In this document: positions 26,880 through 43,749 of the stretch, piece after piece | How the letters are laid out: every line of letters starts with the position of its first letter | How positions within the stretch are numbered: the first letter of the stretch is position 1 | NCBI RefSeq assembly: GCF_018350175.1 | Contig: NC_058383.1 | Span: 3,844,001 to 3,908,000, forward strand | Direction: 5' to 3' | Length of the DNA: 64,000 nt | DNA from: Felis catus | Lineage: Eukaryota | Position numbers and translations under genes: made by a program | Notes under the pieces: generated by a model | What the model saw: only the letters and a program-made list of their open reading frames with translations | The model's database searches: none | Told to the model about the DNA's origin: nothing

Positions 26880-27000
26880 GGGCCCCTGGCTGGCTCAGTC
26901 GTAGAGCACACGACTCTTGATCTGGGGGTCATGAGTTCAAGTCCCATGTTGGGCCCGGAGCCTACTTAAAAAAGAAGAAGAAGAAGAAGAAGAAGAAGAA
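26880..27000 (+). mobile_element. Short tRNA-derived SINE (head only, no CT tract) with a (GAA)n tail
   Basis: A box tggctcagtcg and B box gagttcaagtcc; degenerate TSD aagaactttttccag / aagaatgctttccag. Confidence 0.85.
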
Positions 27001-29066
27001 TGCTTTCCAGATTTTGCTAGTAGTCAGGGAGATTTTCAGTGGGGTAGGCTCCAGCTCTGGTATGGGGCTCTGAATGTCTGGGTGGGTTTCCCCAGGGCGG
27101 GAGCCTTGCTTTAAGCCCAGGCCCCCAGGCCCCCACCCCACACCTGCCCCTCTGAGACCTATCCTTGAACTGAACTTTGCTCTGCCTGAGGCCTCCCTAG
27201 GCTCACGTGGCCTCTCTCTGTCGTCCTTCCCTTCAGATGGCGGTGTGAGATCAGGGCGGCCGGGTACCAGGCACAGCCCTTTCGGCCGAGGCGGCCTGCG
27301 GGGACAGCTGATTGGGGCTCACGGAGAAGCTAGCTGCTCTGAGGCCGCAGGGCTGTGCACACAAACACACGTCCGCCTGGGACGGGCCTGCTGGGCAGCT
27401 CCGGGCCAAAACCTGCCCCTCTGCGTGCCCCCAGGAGCGCTGGCCAGCACGAGCCGCCGGGCGCCGTAGAAAGTGCTACGGGGCCACCCCCACTTCTCCT
27501 TTCCGTGAGCCTGCTTTTGCTACCCTATACGTCACTTCCATATGCAGTCATTCTTTGGTGAACGACAGCCAGCCTTTTCTCTGAGTTCAGTGAGTTCAAT
27601 GCAAGTTTTCCATAGTCTTTCACAAAACGGTGACTTGGGACGGGCGGCGGGAGCCCGTGTGCCTAAGCCCACGGGCCACTGTGTGTCCTCTCCGCTGTGA
27701 GGGCGGCACGCGGTTATGGGTCCACCAGCCACCCGGTCGGGTGTGAATCTGTGTCCGGGAGGTATGTTTCCGGGTCTCGTCCCTCGTGCTCTGGAGGAAG
27801 ATGCACCGTTTGGCTTTATTTGCGTTCAGGTCCAGACGGGGCGTGGAGTGTGTCTGGGAATGACGCAGGCAGGGTTGATGGGGCTGCCTTTGGCGGGTGC
27901 CTTCTGTGCTGCCGCACCGTTTGGCAGAGTGCAGGGCAGAACCTTCGGGAAAAGTCCTCACGTCGGGGTTGCGTGACCGCTGAACCACCGCCTGGTGCCA
28001 CATGGGGTGACTGTATTTGAGCAGCTGGGTTTCGAGTATGTGAACGTGGCACCAGTGACATCCTTTGTCTTCCCCTCACGCCTCATGTTGTAAGTTTGGG
28101 GTTTGTGTATTTGGTTCCAAATTCAATTAAGAAAAAGTTGCTTTTTTTTAATTGTTTCCTGCCTTTACCAAAGGGAGACAGACCCGTAAGCCAGTGGTTG
28201 CTGTCCTGGGCCGGGGGGAGGAGGAAGGTTCTGGACACTGAGGGGCAGGACACTCGGGCAGGGAAATGGGGCAGAGCACATGGTGTGTGTTCAGAAAACT
28301 GGGGCCTCCTGGATGGTTCCTACTGGGGTACTGGCTTTGCAGGAGCTCTCCTGAAGCCGGGGGCCCGTCCGTGGTCTGGTCAGGTCCCAGCAGGGGCACC
28401 TTTACCTGGGCTTGTCACCCACTCCCAGTGTCATTTGTTGCCTCTGAAAATTTTATAACAGAACTGGTTTTCAAAATGAGAATGTTGTTGTAGTTTGATA
28501 ACCAAAGTCCACCTTGTTCATGAGAGCACTAGACCAGAGCCCGCCGGTGAGCCGGGCCGGACGGGCTCCAGCAAGGAAGCGGCCGGGGGCCCTGCAAGCC
28601 ACTCGGGACCCGCCAGGAACGAGAGTGGCCTTGGACCATAGGTGGTTCCACTCACAGCCAACGTGAGTGACAGAGGTCGAAGCCGTGGCCGTGGCTCCGG
28701 AGGAACTGGGGAGGGCCCGACCGAGAGGTGCTCACGCCCTCTCTGAACGCCACAGCTCCCCAGCCTTTGCCCACAGCGCCCTCGTGTGGGCCCGTGAGCG
28801 CCCGACAGCAACCACGGGCAGGGTCAGCCCAGCTGTCTGCAGTGGGGACGGGGGCCACCCGGTGGCCGTCCTGGAAACCTGCCCATCAGGGCCCACAGCT
28901 GCCCACCGCAAGCAGAAACTACTGCTACGCTGACTGTGCGTGGACACGAACTGTCTCTGGTCACACTTGGTCCAGCCTTTATCAAAGGGGAGGTGCTGTG
29001 TCACATGACATAGAGAAGAAGGGGGTCAGAGTTTCTGTCCCCCTGCATCACCCAGGTAGGTCCTGA

Positions 29067-29522
<456 letters not shown>

Positions 29523-29718
29523 TGAGGAAAAATGACAAGTTTTTCCTTACAGCTGTGTATCTTGGCTCATTCCCGTCTGATACCTGTTTTGAAATCCTTT
29601 TGTAGAGGAAGTGAGAGATTTCTGCGTCTTCCCTGTGTGGGGCAGGCGCGGGGCACTGCTCGCTCGTCGGGGAAGCGGGTGGCGGTCGCTGGGACGGGGC
29701 TAGGCGGGCACGCCGTAG

Positions 29719-30090
<372 letters not shown>

Positions 30091-30606
30091 TGACCTGTGG
30101 TCTGTCTCCAAAGAGCCACAGCCCCTGGGAGTCGAAATAGTCTTCTGTCCCTCCAACGGCCAGAGCAGGGAGGGGCGATACGTATGCCTTGTTACATTTT
30201 CACGCTGACCGTCCCTGGTAGTCCCGAGCTACTTTGGAAATGGGCGCACACATGGGCCCAGACGGCAGCCCGCGTGCACGGGGACTGTCAGACCTAACTT
30301 AGCTGTGTCTCACTTGTTTTGCCCACGGTCGCTGTTTCCCGCTGGCTACTTGATTTAGCACGGGTTTCAAACTTGACATACGCCTGGCCTATGGCTTGTC
30401 TCTCTGTTCCACTTTTTCTGGAAAGAATGCTGTGCTCGATTTTGATAGAAAAAAAACTACCACCGTGCCTTTGCACTTGCCAGTAAAACACAGTTACCTT
30501 GCCGGCCTGTGGAGCTCCCTCGCTGGCATCACCTCCGGGCCGCCCCGTCATCTTTGGTCTCGTGCCTGTTGCGTTCACATACAGAGTTTGTTTTGCCGCG
30601 TGCTAA

Positions 30607-30828
<222 letters not shown>

Positions 30829-32668
30829 TAAGCCTCTGGGCTGCCCCTCGGTCAGAGGCCAGCTTCCACAGACGGCTCGTCACAGTAGCGTTTTGGGTAC
30901 TTTAAACTTGTCACCTGTATTTCTCGAGCGAGACCGTCTGAGGACCGGTGAGGTCTGTAACAGCAGAGTGAGTGGACAGCTCGCTGCCCCTCTGACCTGT
31001 CAGCTCTCAGCAGCCAACACTGTGACCGAAGTAGAAATTGGAACAAAGGCGATGGTCACGTTGGTGAGGTCGGAATTCGGGACGTTTGAACGGAGCTTAG
31101 ATTTTCCGGATCCCACGTTGCTTGGTAGGAACGTGGAGAGAAATTCTGTGAGAGTGACAAGGGTTAGTTTGTGGGGAGAGTACCACAGGCCCGGCCACGG
31201 AAACGTCAGCCGCCCTTGTCCCACGCTTCCGCGGCCAGAGGCCACAGGGGCGGCTGGGCGCGTCCTCTCCTCCAGGCCTGTCCCGGCTTCCGGGGCTTGT
31301 TGGCCACGACCGGTGCCCCCCAGGCTTGTGGGAGCATCACCCCGACCTCCGCCTGCATCATCCCGCCCTGTTCTCCCCGGGCGCGTGCGTCTAGACTGCC
31401 CCTTGGAGGGCTCCGGTCACTGAGCTGGGGACCATCCTAGTGACTTCATCCAACTCCGTCACTTTCGTAGAGAGTTGACTCCAAGCAAGGCCCCCTTCTG
31501 AGGCACCGGTGGTTTCTGGGGACACAGTTCAAACCCTAGCGGTGACCAGCGCTACGTTTCACTTGTAGATGAGCCTGTCCGCCAGCTGGGGCAGTGGTTA
31601 CGGGGCTGGCCTTTTGCGCCCAGCACTGCCCGGAAACCCCGATAAGGAGTGTCTGTGGGAGGGCGTGGGGCGGGCCTGCCCCAGGGTCACCCTGGGAGTT
31701 AGGGACGCCATCTCGTGACACGGCACAGGGGAGTGGCAGGCGGGAAACCCTCAGGCCGGGAGGGCAGCCCAGCACGGCTTCCGCGTGAGCTGTGTGTTAC
31801 GGAGAGGGGGGCCTCTCGTGGCTGCAGAGCCCGGGTGGCCGAGGAGGGAGGCAGCGGGTGTGTTTGTACTGGGTGGGAGGCGGGCAGGAAGCAGGGTGCG
31901 CTTGGTGCAGGGTAAGGTCCTGCTAGAGAGGGCTGATGACCGTCACAGGCTCGGGGACTGGGAGGGACCCAGGCCGACTACCAGTTGGAGCATGGGAATG
32001 AGCAGACAGGGTCCAGGCCTGGGTTGGAGTCAGACGAGCCAGCTGGCAGATGGGAGAAGCAAGGAAGACTGGGGGCCCGGGGGCGGGGGACAGGGTGCCA
32101 GGTCCGTGCCCGGGGAGACCAGGGTGCCGCTCACGAGGGAGTTTATGGTGATAAACGAATGCAGAGTGAAGGCCACTGTGTCCCCCAGCTGCACCCAGGC
32201 AGTCCCGTCGTCCTGCCTCTGAGGGTCTGTGTTGACCCTGTGACTCAGCTAGCGGGACGTGAGTCCCCGTGCTGCGTAGCCGGTCCTGGGCCAGCCTCAC
32301 TGGCAGGAGCCGGACGGGATCGCCGTTTTCGAACCAAGAGAACGGTGGCGGAGGGAGCAGCCTTTCCTGCGAGATGAATAGCCTGTAGGTGTGTCCTCTG
32401 TCCTGGTGGGGGCTTTGTGCCCATCCCAGCAGAGCTCGTGATTTTAACACGGAACACTGAGCCACTTTTGCGGAAGCCTGGCGGGTCCCTTTCAGGAAGT
32501 AAATGCTCTGGAGCGTGGCTTTTGCTGGGAAGCCACGAATAACGCGGCGTCCTCCCGTTCGCTGGGTTCAGGGCCCGGTTGCCTTTCCGTGTATCGGACA
32601 GCATCGTTGTTGGTGTTGGAAACTCTCCGCGAGAACAGAAGAGCGTCAGGAAAAGCTGGCGCAGGTGA

Positions 32669-33379
<711 letters not shown>

Positions 33380-33972
33380 TGAAGGCCCGCGTGCTGGGGT
33401 CACGCGCTCCCTCCGGGGGCCGAGGGTTCTCAGGCTGCTCCTCCTTGTCTCCCTGCTGCGGGTTTCCTGGGGAGCGCGTCCTTGTAAATCCGTGCTGTTT
33501 ACCCTACTCGGCGGTCGTGCCTTCGGGTGTACGTGACCCCGAGGAAACGGTGCGGGGCTGTGGGGCTTGAGGCCGTGGCTGGGGTGGGGGGGGTGGGGGG
33601 GAGCATTGCTCTGGGGCCCCCGGTGGGGAGTCCTTGGAAGTCGCTTAAAAACCGCTACAGGTTCCTACGGGAGGCACGTTGGGCCCAAGGAATAACGGGT
33701 GCTCGCGAATGCAGCCCGTGGCACGGAAGATGCTGGAGGGAGCCTGACTCCGGGGCCGCCTCCTCGCGGCCCCCACGCCTGTTGATCGCATCCTAACGAC
33801 AAAGGCGTTTGGGGAAGGAAGTCTGTGACTCCAGATGCAAACCTTTTCGTTCCAGATGATACCGTCTCTTCGTCTTTTTTATGTTTCGGGTTGCTTAAAG
33901 TTCAGGCTCCGGCAGTGTTTTTCTAAAACCCTATTCATCGTTTTTCTCGTTTCAAACGTATTTCGTCAGTAG

Positions 33973-35084
<1,112 letters not shown>

Positions 35085-38000
35085 AGATGCCTGCCTACGG
35101 GCCGAGTGGGACGCTCGCCATAAGGGATTCTGGAGCCAGGCCCTGACCGCCGACCCCCTGCCGCTTGCGGACCGCGACAAGAAGGCTCCACGGTGACCTG
35201 CGCACGTGCCAAACGGACAGGACGGTCTCGGCCTCCACCCGCACCTGGATGCACTCGTCCTCCCTGTTCTGTCTCCTGCCCCTGCTGTGGTTTAAAACAA
35301 AACACATAAACAAGTTCAGACCGCTGATTGTATGATTCGGGAATTCTTTGTTTTTATTTCCTTCTCTCCTGCACCGTCTTCTCTCCTGGGCCCGTGGCCG
35401 AGGGCGTGGGGGACGAGGCCGCGGCCCGGCGCCTGGAGGAACGGATCACGGGCAGACTTAGCCGCGAGCAGAGGCGAGGCTGCCGGAGCACCCGTGGCCC
35501 CCGGAGGCCCAGACGGAGGCCGTCGTGCGAGGGAGGGGACGGCAGCGGCACGGGTCCTCTCTGCGGCGGATTGGGAGCGCGCAGGAGAGAGGCAGGCGCT
35601 GCCGGAGCCCGGAGCGTCCCGTGGGGTTTTCTCCCTAAAGTAGCGACACAGAAAGCATTGGCATTAATCTGGGGTGCGGGGCTCAGGCTCGGCTTTCCTA
35701 TTTTGTTGAAACGGTGGGATTCAGGCTTCGTCTCAAATCTGACATAAGCACGAAAGGAAGCAGGTGTCTGCGAGGTCTGCGTCTGTGGACAGCGTGACGG
35801 CCGTAGGCCTGGGCTTCCTACTGGCATCAATCCTGTGACGAGTCAGTCCTGCCGCTCTGTCTGCTAACTTCAAGAAAGATCGACGGCCTCCCAGACTGGC
35901 GTTCAGGGCCGAAAGCCGTGTGGGCGGGAGCGGCCGAGGGTCCTCGTCCAGAGGCCCCGGAACCGGGAACCGGCGAGCCCTGTGTCCTCCGCGGGCCTGA
36001 GGCCCCGGTGCCTGGACGCCGTGGGACGCACAGCGCTGGCGGGCGCCTCTCGGATACCGTCCGCAAGTGGCGGTCGCTTTACCACTCGACACGTACCTCC
36101 TGCTGTAAGTCAGGCCGTGTCCTGTGCCCGCAGCGCCGGGGCCGCACCGCCCCTGTGCTCGGCTCCTGCTGCCTCCATCGGTCTTGCCTGCGACCTGGCC
36201 GCGTGACCAGCGAGTGACGCCAGGCTCCCCGGGACTGAGGCCCTGCGCTCACAGACGCCCCGTGCCTCCCGGAGCCGTCACCACAGCCGGAGGTGAGGCC
36301 GCCGCACTCCTGGTTTATAGCCCAGTTTGGGGGCCGCGTTCTAGCTCTTCAGCTCCTCTCGGAGAACATTTCTCAGGAAACGTCAAGTGGTCTGTGAAAA
36401 GCGACTCTGAACTCGGCCGGCCGCCCCAGCACTGGTTTTTCTGACAGTGGACACCGGGCCCTGCACAGAAGTCCAGCAGGAACAGTTTTTCTTCCTGGAA
36501 GTCGCCTGTCCTCAGCATCGGTCTCCAACCAGCAAAGCTGCCTCCCCAGGCCCCCAGCCACCCCAGCGGCAGCGACAGGGAGCGAGCTCGGCCCCTAAAG
36601 CCCCCGAGAGAAGGAGCGGGCCTGGTGGGCCGGGTCAGGCGCCAGCTCGGAGCGAAGGAGAAACCGCAGAACAGTCTCGAGGCCGTTCAGGCAAGACGGG
36701 CTTATGTGCCGAGCGTGGCCGGGCCGTGGCCGGGGCGGGCGGACGGGCTCTGTCTCACTGCCGTGGTCGTCAGTCGCCGAGGACAAATACAGAGCGTCCT
36801 CCCGTCCGTCCGGCCTGTGACACCTGGTCCGACGTTCTTCAAGCCCCAAACCGCTCGTGTCTGTGGCGCCAGCTTCAACTGGGAGAGAAGCTCTTCTGTG
36901 AAGTCCCCACCCACTGCCTCCGGTGACACTGGGGTGGAAGTGGCCGGGCGTGCCATCCTCGGTGGTGGGAAACCGCACTCTGTTCCGCGTTGGCGATTTC
37001 TGTTTCATAAACTCTGTCCTTTGCCGCAGCGTCTGGTGTGTGCGTGAGAGGGCAGGTGGGGTGGTGGGCGTTGCACAGGCAGTCTGCCCCTTGCGAGGGC
37101 CTCACCTGGGAGGATCCGAACCCAGGGCCTGCCTTCAGGTCGGCTGTCAGGAGGTCCTGCCGAGGGGACTGTATCTGCTCACCGGCCGGCAGGACGGCCC
37201 CAGGTTTGCCCCCGTGGGAACGCTGGGCCGGCAGCCTGCACGGGACACGCAGGACAGCGTGGGCGCGGACACGGGACAGTGTGGGCACGGAAGAGCGTCG
37301 GGCCTTCGCCGGGTCTGGTGAGTCTGGCACCGACCTTTTGCCTGCCCGGCTTTGGAGACGCTTTGGTTTCCGTTCATTTTTGGTGATGACCCACCCCATG
37401 TTCGGGCAGTGGTTCCAGGAGAGGGAAGACGAGAGAGGGCAGGGTGTCCATCGGTGGGTTCTGCCTCGTGGGGAGCTCACGGGACTGAGAGGGGCAGGGC
37501 TAGGCCTTGGGGGAGCTGCCCGTCCGGGCTCACGGACGGTGGGCGTCTGGGTGGGTTCACGGTCCTCTGACCCAAGAGCGGGCCTGCTCCTGCCCACCCT
37601 TGGCCTGGGACTGGTGGCCAGAAGGCTGAGGGCAGCCTGCACCTGGGGACCAGATGCACCTTAGAGCGAAAAGGTCGTTCGGTGCCCCCAGAGCCGACCG
37701 AGTGATGGTCTCCCCCCCACGCCGGAAGCAAGAGTGCCAGGCTATAAATGACCAAGGAACCGCGACCCTCAGAATCTTGGCCACGTGTGACCCGCCACAG
37801 GTGTGGGTTGTAGAGGGTGGGCCAGCCCCCACCAGTGGGGGAGAAGCGGAAACAGCTCGATCCCGGCACCATCCTGGTGTCAGTGTGGTCTCAGGGGTCT
37901 CAGAACCTTCTCTTTGGTCACCCGGGGGCCCAGGTGCGTGTGAAGGGGGCGGCCAGGCAGGTGTGCGGGCTTTGGGAAGGGCCCGCCTCCCCTGCGTCGT

Positions 38001-41000
38001 GACACAGGGCACTCGGGCCCTCTCCCCCTGGTACCCGGCTTCCCTTCTGTCTGCTGCTTGACCTGTCGCCCCATCGACCGGCACCAGATGCAGGAAAACA
38101 CCCTCTCTGCACAGGAAGGAAGTCACAGAAGTAACTACTCAGTAGCTGAGCGTTTCCCACCTGGACGGTCTGGTGGGCAATGGAAGGAAAAGGCCTGTAC
38201 CCAGAGCTCACGGGCCGTGTCACAGGGCCCAGTGAGTGCCACGGTGCGGGGCACAGAAGGCCACAGAGGCACGGTCCCTGCCACCGTAGGGTGGACCTCA
38301 CGAGCGGTCAGCGTCTTTCTTGCCGCGGACACTGTCCCGAGTGGTGCAAGGACGGGCTGAGGCAGAGCGTCAGGGGCTCCGGCAGATGTCCTTTTCCGCC
38401 TTCTCTGTAAAGTCGTAAAGGCGACAGGGCTCACATCCCCCGGTGAGGTTAGACACCTGCCAGAACTGCCCCCACCCCTGTCCTGGGACACAGCCCTCTC
38501 GGCCTCGGCCCACGCCCTGGGGACCGCAGGACCGATGGCCGGGTGCACTGAGCCCCGCGCCGGGTGGGGGGAACAGGTCTGCGTGCTTACAGCCGCTCCC
38601 GTCAACTCCCCACTCTCGGTCTGGTGGGTTCACGTTCAAGGCTTGAGGTCTTCCCTTTGTTCTCTGTTTAACAGCCGGGCCAAACCGCGAAGGTGACGAG
38701 GGATTTCTGAGTCACTAAAATGACTATTCTGTGATTCTCGAGCTGGCGGGGTGGGCGTGCTGCCACGGCCGGGGGGTGGGGGCCCCGCCGCGCCCCGATG
38801 GGTTCAGCGGGGACCTCCCGGTCCCTGTCCTGCTCCTCACCGGGGCTGGCGGAAGACCAGTTTGGGGCCGCGGGCATGATTCGATCAGTGCCCTTCTTTC
38901 CTCTGCGACTGGGTCTCCGCGGAGCGTCCAGAGGGAGCGCACAAGGTCGCTCCATTCAGAGTTCAGGAGAAGAAGGCGGGCCTTCGGTCTTGGGGTCAGT
39001 TTCGTTATAGAGACAAAAACAGGCCTCCTTTGAAAAAAGATGCTTAGTTGAACGTGTGGTTGAACGTGAGAAAGCGTCAGGGAAGAAACAATGTTCCCCG
39101 AGCTCTTAGAGCCCAGAAGTGAGTCCCGTGGGTGTGTGTTTCTCCAAACGCCTCACGTTCCGCTTTGCCCTCGAGCGACTGCGTGCGGGACGCAGGGCCA
39201 TCTCGGGGTCACACAGCGCCGCCCCCCGCGCCCCTGAGAGGCGGTAGCTCCCCCAGAAAAGGGGTCAAGGGCAGCTGTGCTCACAGATGCTGAGGGGATC
39301 GTGAGCTGCTTATTTTAGGCACCGCGACTCTCTGCGGGTCCCAAGAGGCAGAGCTGCTAAGAGGAAGCCCGGCCACGTGGCCGCCAGTCCCCACTAGGCC
39401 CCCCGACCCACAGTCCCCGCCGGGTCCCCCCGACCCACAGCCCCACTGCTAGCTTGGCTTAAAGCAAAGAACGTCTCCTCCCAGCCCCCCCGCAAGCCGC
39501 CTTTGTGATACCTCAGCCTCGAAGCAATATTTTCTGAGAAGAATGTAAGTTTGTCCGCATGCCCGTGTGGGGCCGCCCTCCAGACGGGCCTCCACAGGGG
39601 TGGCCGCGCCCGCAGTCTCTTGCAGGGTGTCTGTCCCTCGTTTTCAGCTTGTTTTCCAGTTTTATACGGTCCTTTCCTTTTATGCATTCTGTCCCGAGGC
39701 CTCGCCTCCCGCGTTAGGTTTTAAATGCTCAGGACCCGGCCGGGTGGGTCCTCGGCAGCCCCAGGAGCTGGCCGAGATCTCCACTGTTGTCCCCGGTGCC
39801 GGCTCCAGGACGGGACTTTGTGACGCAGCCACAGGCGCGTTCTCCAAACTGAAATAACACAGGCCCGCTTGCCCGACTGCGTTTAAGGAAAATCGTTTTC
39901 CTCCTGCATTGAGCGAGGCTACCGCCTGTCCCGCAGGGTGCTCAGGGGCCCCAAGCCGTGTGGGGCCGTCTCTGCCAAGGCGCTCGGCAACCCCGGCTCG
40001 GCCCTGCGGCCACTTGGAGGTTCGCTCCACGACCTGCCTCTCCACCGTGTCCTAGGAGGTCCTCGCAGAGGCCCCAGGGCCCCAGGAAGAAAATAGGGTG
40101 CTGCCTGCGCCTGCTCCCCCCAGGAGGGGGGACACAGGACAGCTAAACGGAGGTCAGACATCCGCAGGATCACTTCCGCGAGCCTGACGGACCCCACGGT
40201 GCCTCCGCCGCATAAGAGCGAGTGTCCGTGCCGGCTGCTTGCGGGAGGCCCGGCTCCCGTCTAGAAAACGACCCCTGCCTCCACCCCCAGACACGCCTGG
40301 TCCCCGGGACGCTGGAGCGCAGCCAGCTAGTGGTTGGAGGCCCTCCTGCCGGTCGCTCCCAATCGGGGCTTCCTCTGAAGCTTTGCCCGCCGCCCGGGGC
40401 TGAGGCTGCACTGCATTGCTACACAGGATTGGGAGGAAATTCTTTGCATTAGTGAGGCTTGGGGACCCCGTCTCTTTCAGTTCTCCTAACCGCTGGTTTT
40501 GGCCGTGAGGATTCAGCAAAGAGTGAACGGAGCAGTGACTTCATTTCTGGGCATGTCTGTCCCCGTTCCTGGCACCTGCTGGCATCTGGGTGCACTGGGG
40601 AACATGAGGGGCAGGCCCCGGGGGTCGGCGGGAGGCGGAGCTGCGTCCGCCGCTCCCTCCGCAGGTTCTGGTCTCGTCCCAGGCGGGCCGGCGAGTCTCC
40701 AGGCGGCTCTCTCCTCTTTGCTCCAACCCAGGTATTTTAGGACTCAGATGATGATTGGAAGAATTCTGGCTTATTCTCTTCGGGAATCTCTTCTGGAATA
40801 GTTTGCTCATTTGATTCATCTAAATATTTATTGGTGGTTTACTCCGCGTCAGAAACAGTAGAAAGTGCTGGGGAGGCCAGGCCCGGGAGGGATGTGGCCG
40901 TGTAGACAGGCCACATGCCCTGGGTTGCTGTTACATCGTCTGGCACGTTGCACAATGTTTTCCTTAGCTGCAGTGGCAGGGCCGTTCCTCTGAGCTGTCT

Positions 41001-42070
41001 CCCAGAGTCCCGAGGCACCCAGTGACCTGTCGCCCTGAGCCAGCTGGCCGCACTGCAAAAGGGCCTTGACTCGGGTGGGTTTTCCCCGCACAAAGTTAAC
41101 TGGCGTGAAGGATGTCAACCTGTGCCTGCTGCCTCTTAAGCTCATCACGTCTAAGTTTCTGTGTTAACTGACCCACATTCCTCCTCCTCTCCTTTTTTAA
41201 TCCACAAATATGGGATTTAAAATCAAGCATTTTAAATTTGGCCCTTCCCTGCTTCCCTCCCAGCTCCCTGCCCGGAAGGCTTTCTGGATACCCGGATACT
41301 TAATTTACGCGGCTCAGTCTGTATTTCAGGATGGGGTGAAGGAGGAATGAGACAAAAGTGGGGCCCAGACTCTCGCCCGGATCAGCCCCGCAAACCCCGT
41401 GCCCGCAGCACGGCCCGCATGATGAGGGATTAAACCAGTACAGAGGCTTGTTACCTTCCCTGTAAAGTGACTTGGGGGGGGGCGGGTGTTGGGGGTGAGT
41501 GCACGCGTGAGCGTGTTTGTACAGTGGCTGTCTGAAGTATCTTTTCACCGTATGTTTCATCATCAGTGCTTGAAAAGCGGTGGTTGCCCACGCAGTGGAG
41601 ACTTGGGTTCTGGCACGCTGGACGGGAAAGTGGCTTGTGCTGCAGGGCTCGGCTCCCTGGGCCCGCGGCGGGCGTCCGTCTGCGGGAAGCCCTCCCGGGA
41701 GGGACCCAGATGCCCCGGCAGGTGGCAGGTGGCAGACGGCCCGCGGTCCCGTCCGCTCCCGTCCTCGGAAAGACGAGAGGCCCACCTCGCTGGGCCTGCC
41801 TGCGTTTTCGTTTCAAATGGGATACAGTATTTTTTTAATAAGGAGCCATACTTTTTTTTTTTAAAGTTTGAGATCTGAATGTGATTTCTAATTGTATCAG
41901 ACGTTAATGTTTTAAAGCTATAACAAAGTTGCAAATTTCTACTTTTTGTTTTCCATTTATTTTAACTGTCCTTTTATCTATTAAATTGTTGTATGTGGAT
42001 GGGGAAGTTCTGGTTCTCCTCTTAGCATTTGTTTCTATAACCAGAAATAAAATTATGTATTACAGAAGTG
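35085..42070 (+). other. FOXK1: FOXK1 long 3'UTR (~7 kb)
   Basis: No obvious canonical AATAAA seen until 42046; AU-rich terminal block at ~41800-42060; FOXK1 is known to have a multi-kb 3'UTR. The 3' end is approximate. Confidence 0.75.
42046..42051 (+). terminator. FOXK1: FOXK1 polyadenylation signal AATAAA
   Basis: ccagaAATAAAattatg at the end of an AU-rich block, with GT-rich sequence (ctgtgtggtccttgtgagtg) downstream. Confidence 0.75.
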
Positions 42071-42479
42071 ACCCGGGGCTCTGTGTGGTCCTTGTGAGTG
42101 ACTGCTGAGGGACAGACGGGTGGACACCCAGCCACTGTCTGCTCCCTGGCACGGGGCGGAGGGGGGGGGGGGTGCCTGACCCCAGGGGGCCGTTCCTGGG
42201 GAAGGTGTGTTTTCTCCCACTGTGCCCGGTAGCCCTTTCCCGGGAAGAAGCCAATGGACCGGTGCCTGTGATTTCCTGGCCTGGCCTGGGCCCCGGGGAG
42301 TTCCCTGAGTGTGCGTGTTTGCAGCTCCAGGGACGGGAGGACGAGTCACATCTGCCCCTGGACGGAGAGGGGCCGGCGGAGCCTCCACCGGCTCCCAGGC
42401 ACCGACCGCGAAGCTGGGGAAGCCCACCGACGCCCGTAGCCACCTCGCGGGTGGGCCCTCGCACCCACCAGGGGCGGAG

Positions 42480-42600
42480 CCTGGACAGACTTGGGTTCAC
42501 AGTTCAGCAGGGGGGGGCTTCCGCCTCCAAGAAGCCCTGTTTCTTCATCTGCAAAATGGGGGCCCCTGCCTCACAGTGTTCTGTGCATTAAAGGCCATCG
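42480..42600 (+). mobile_element. MIR fragment
   Basis: gacagacttgggttc...ctgtttcttcatctgcaaaatgggg. Confidence 0.55.
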
Positions 42601-43033
42601 TGCACGTCAGCTGCGGTGAGAGCCCCCCCCCGCCTTTGCAGAGCCCGGCCGGGTTTACGATTTCAGCCGTCGTAAGAAGGGTGCCAGTCCTGACTTGGGG
42701 TTTCATAGAAACGTGCATTTGTCACAGACGCATCTTTGGTCAAGGTTCTCCAGCGTTTGGGCACGTGACCCCGTCCCCTCGTGGAGCCAAACAACTGGCC
42801 TCTCTCGGGTTTTGCGGTTGCCTGCGGTTGTAACTGAAGCTTGAACCCTGCTTTCCTTCACCTTACCCCACCGCCACCGCAAGATGCTAACTGTAAGCCT
42901 GAGCTCAACCTTAACAGAGTCGGGACATTTCAGGATTTTAGCCGAATGACGAGCAAGAGTGAGAATAAGCTCTGTGAGCTCCGCTGGCTAGTTAGCGTCC
43001 TTCTGAAACGTGTAGCTTTTTAAGTCTCAGTTT

Positions 43034-43230
43034 GTTTTTCTTTAAGTTTTTTAAAATTGATTTATTTGGGGAAATAGAAGGGGAGAGGGGGAGAGAGAGT
43101 AAATCCTAAGCAGGCACTGCACCGTCCGTGCAGAGCCCCATGTGGGGCTCGAACTCCCAAACTATGAGATCGTGACCTGAGTCAAAATCAATAGTCAGAC
43201 GCTTAACCGACTGATCCACCCAGGCGCCCC
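43034..43230 (-). mobile_element. Can-SINE
   Basis: Reverse head ...caggcgcccc; TSD aagtctcagttt / aagtttcagttt. Confidence 0.94.
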
Positions 43231-43749
43231 AAGTTTCAGTTTTGATCAAGACGACCATTTCTCACTAGTAAGACCCTAAGATGCCAGTTTACACAAATGG
43301 AAACGTTGTTGTAAGAAGCAGTCAAATATCACCCTTGGGAAGGTGCTTGGGGTGTGTGTGCGCGGAGAGGGAGGGAATGGCCCCGGCACACGGCCAAGCT
43401 CTCGGTGCAGGCGAAGCCGCTTCGTGAAGCGGGGTGCGTGCCAAAGCCAGCGGGCGCACCCCCCGCAGACGACAGACTGCGTCCCGGCTGCGTGCACAAC
43501 TGCCAGAATCCGGAAACCAACCGAGTCATTCTTCGCCGACGGTAGAATGGCGAGCGGCGACCCGCCCTGCAGTCACACGCCGAACACAACACGGCTCGAG
43601 ACCGCCACACGGACGCCTCTCGGGGCGTCGGGCTGAGCCACGGCAAAGGCTAAACGCCGTCGGCTGGCACGTGTAGGAAGCGTGAGCAGGCAGCACTAAG
43701 GCACAGTGACAAAAGCGAGGCACCGCGAGCCAGTGGGGCGGCGGCCGTG

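Noticed and set aside
26880..26955. Possible tRNA-Lys gene
   Set aside because: Has A and B boxes but a degenerate cloverleaf, an A/GAA tail and a TSD, so it is a retroposed SINE head.
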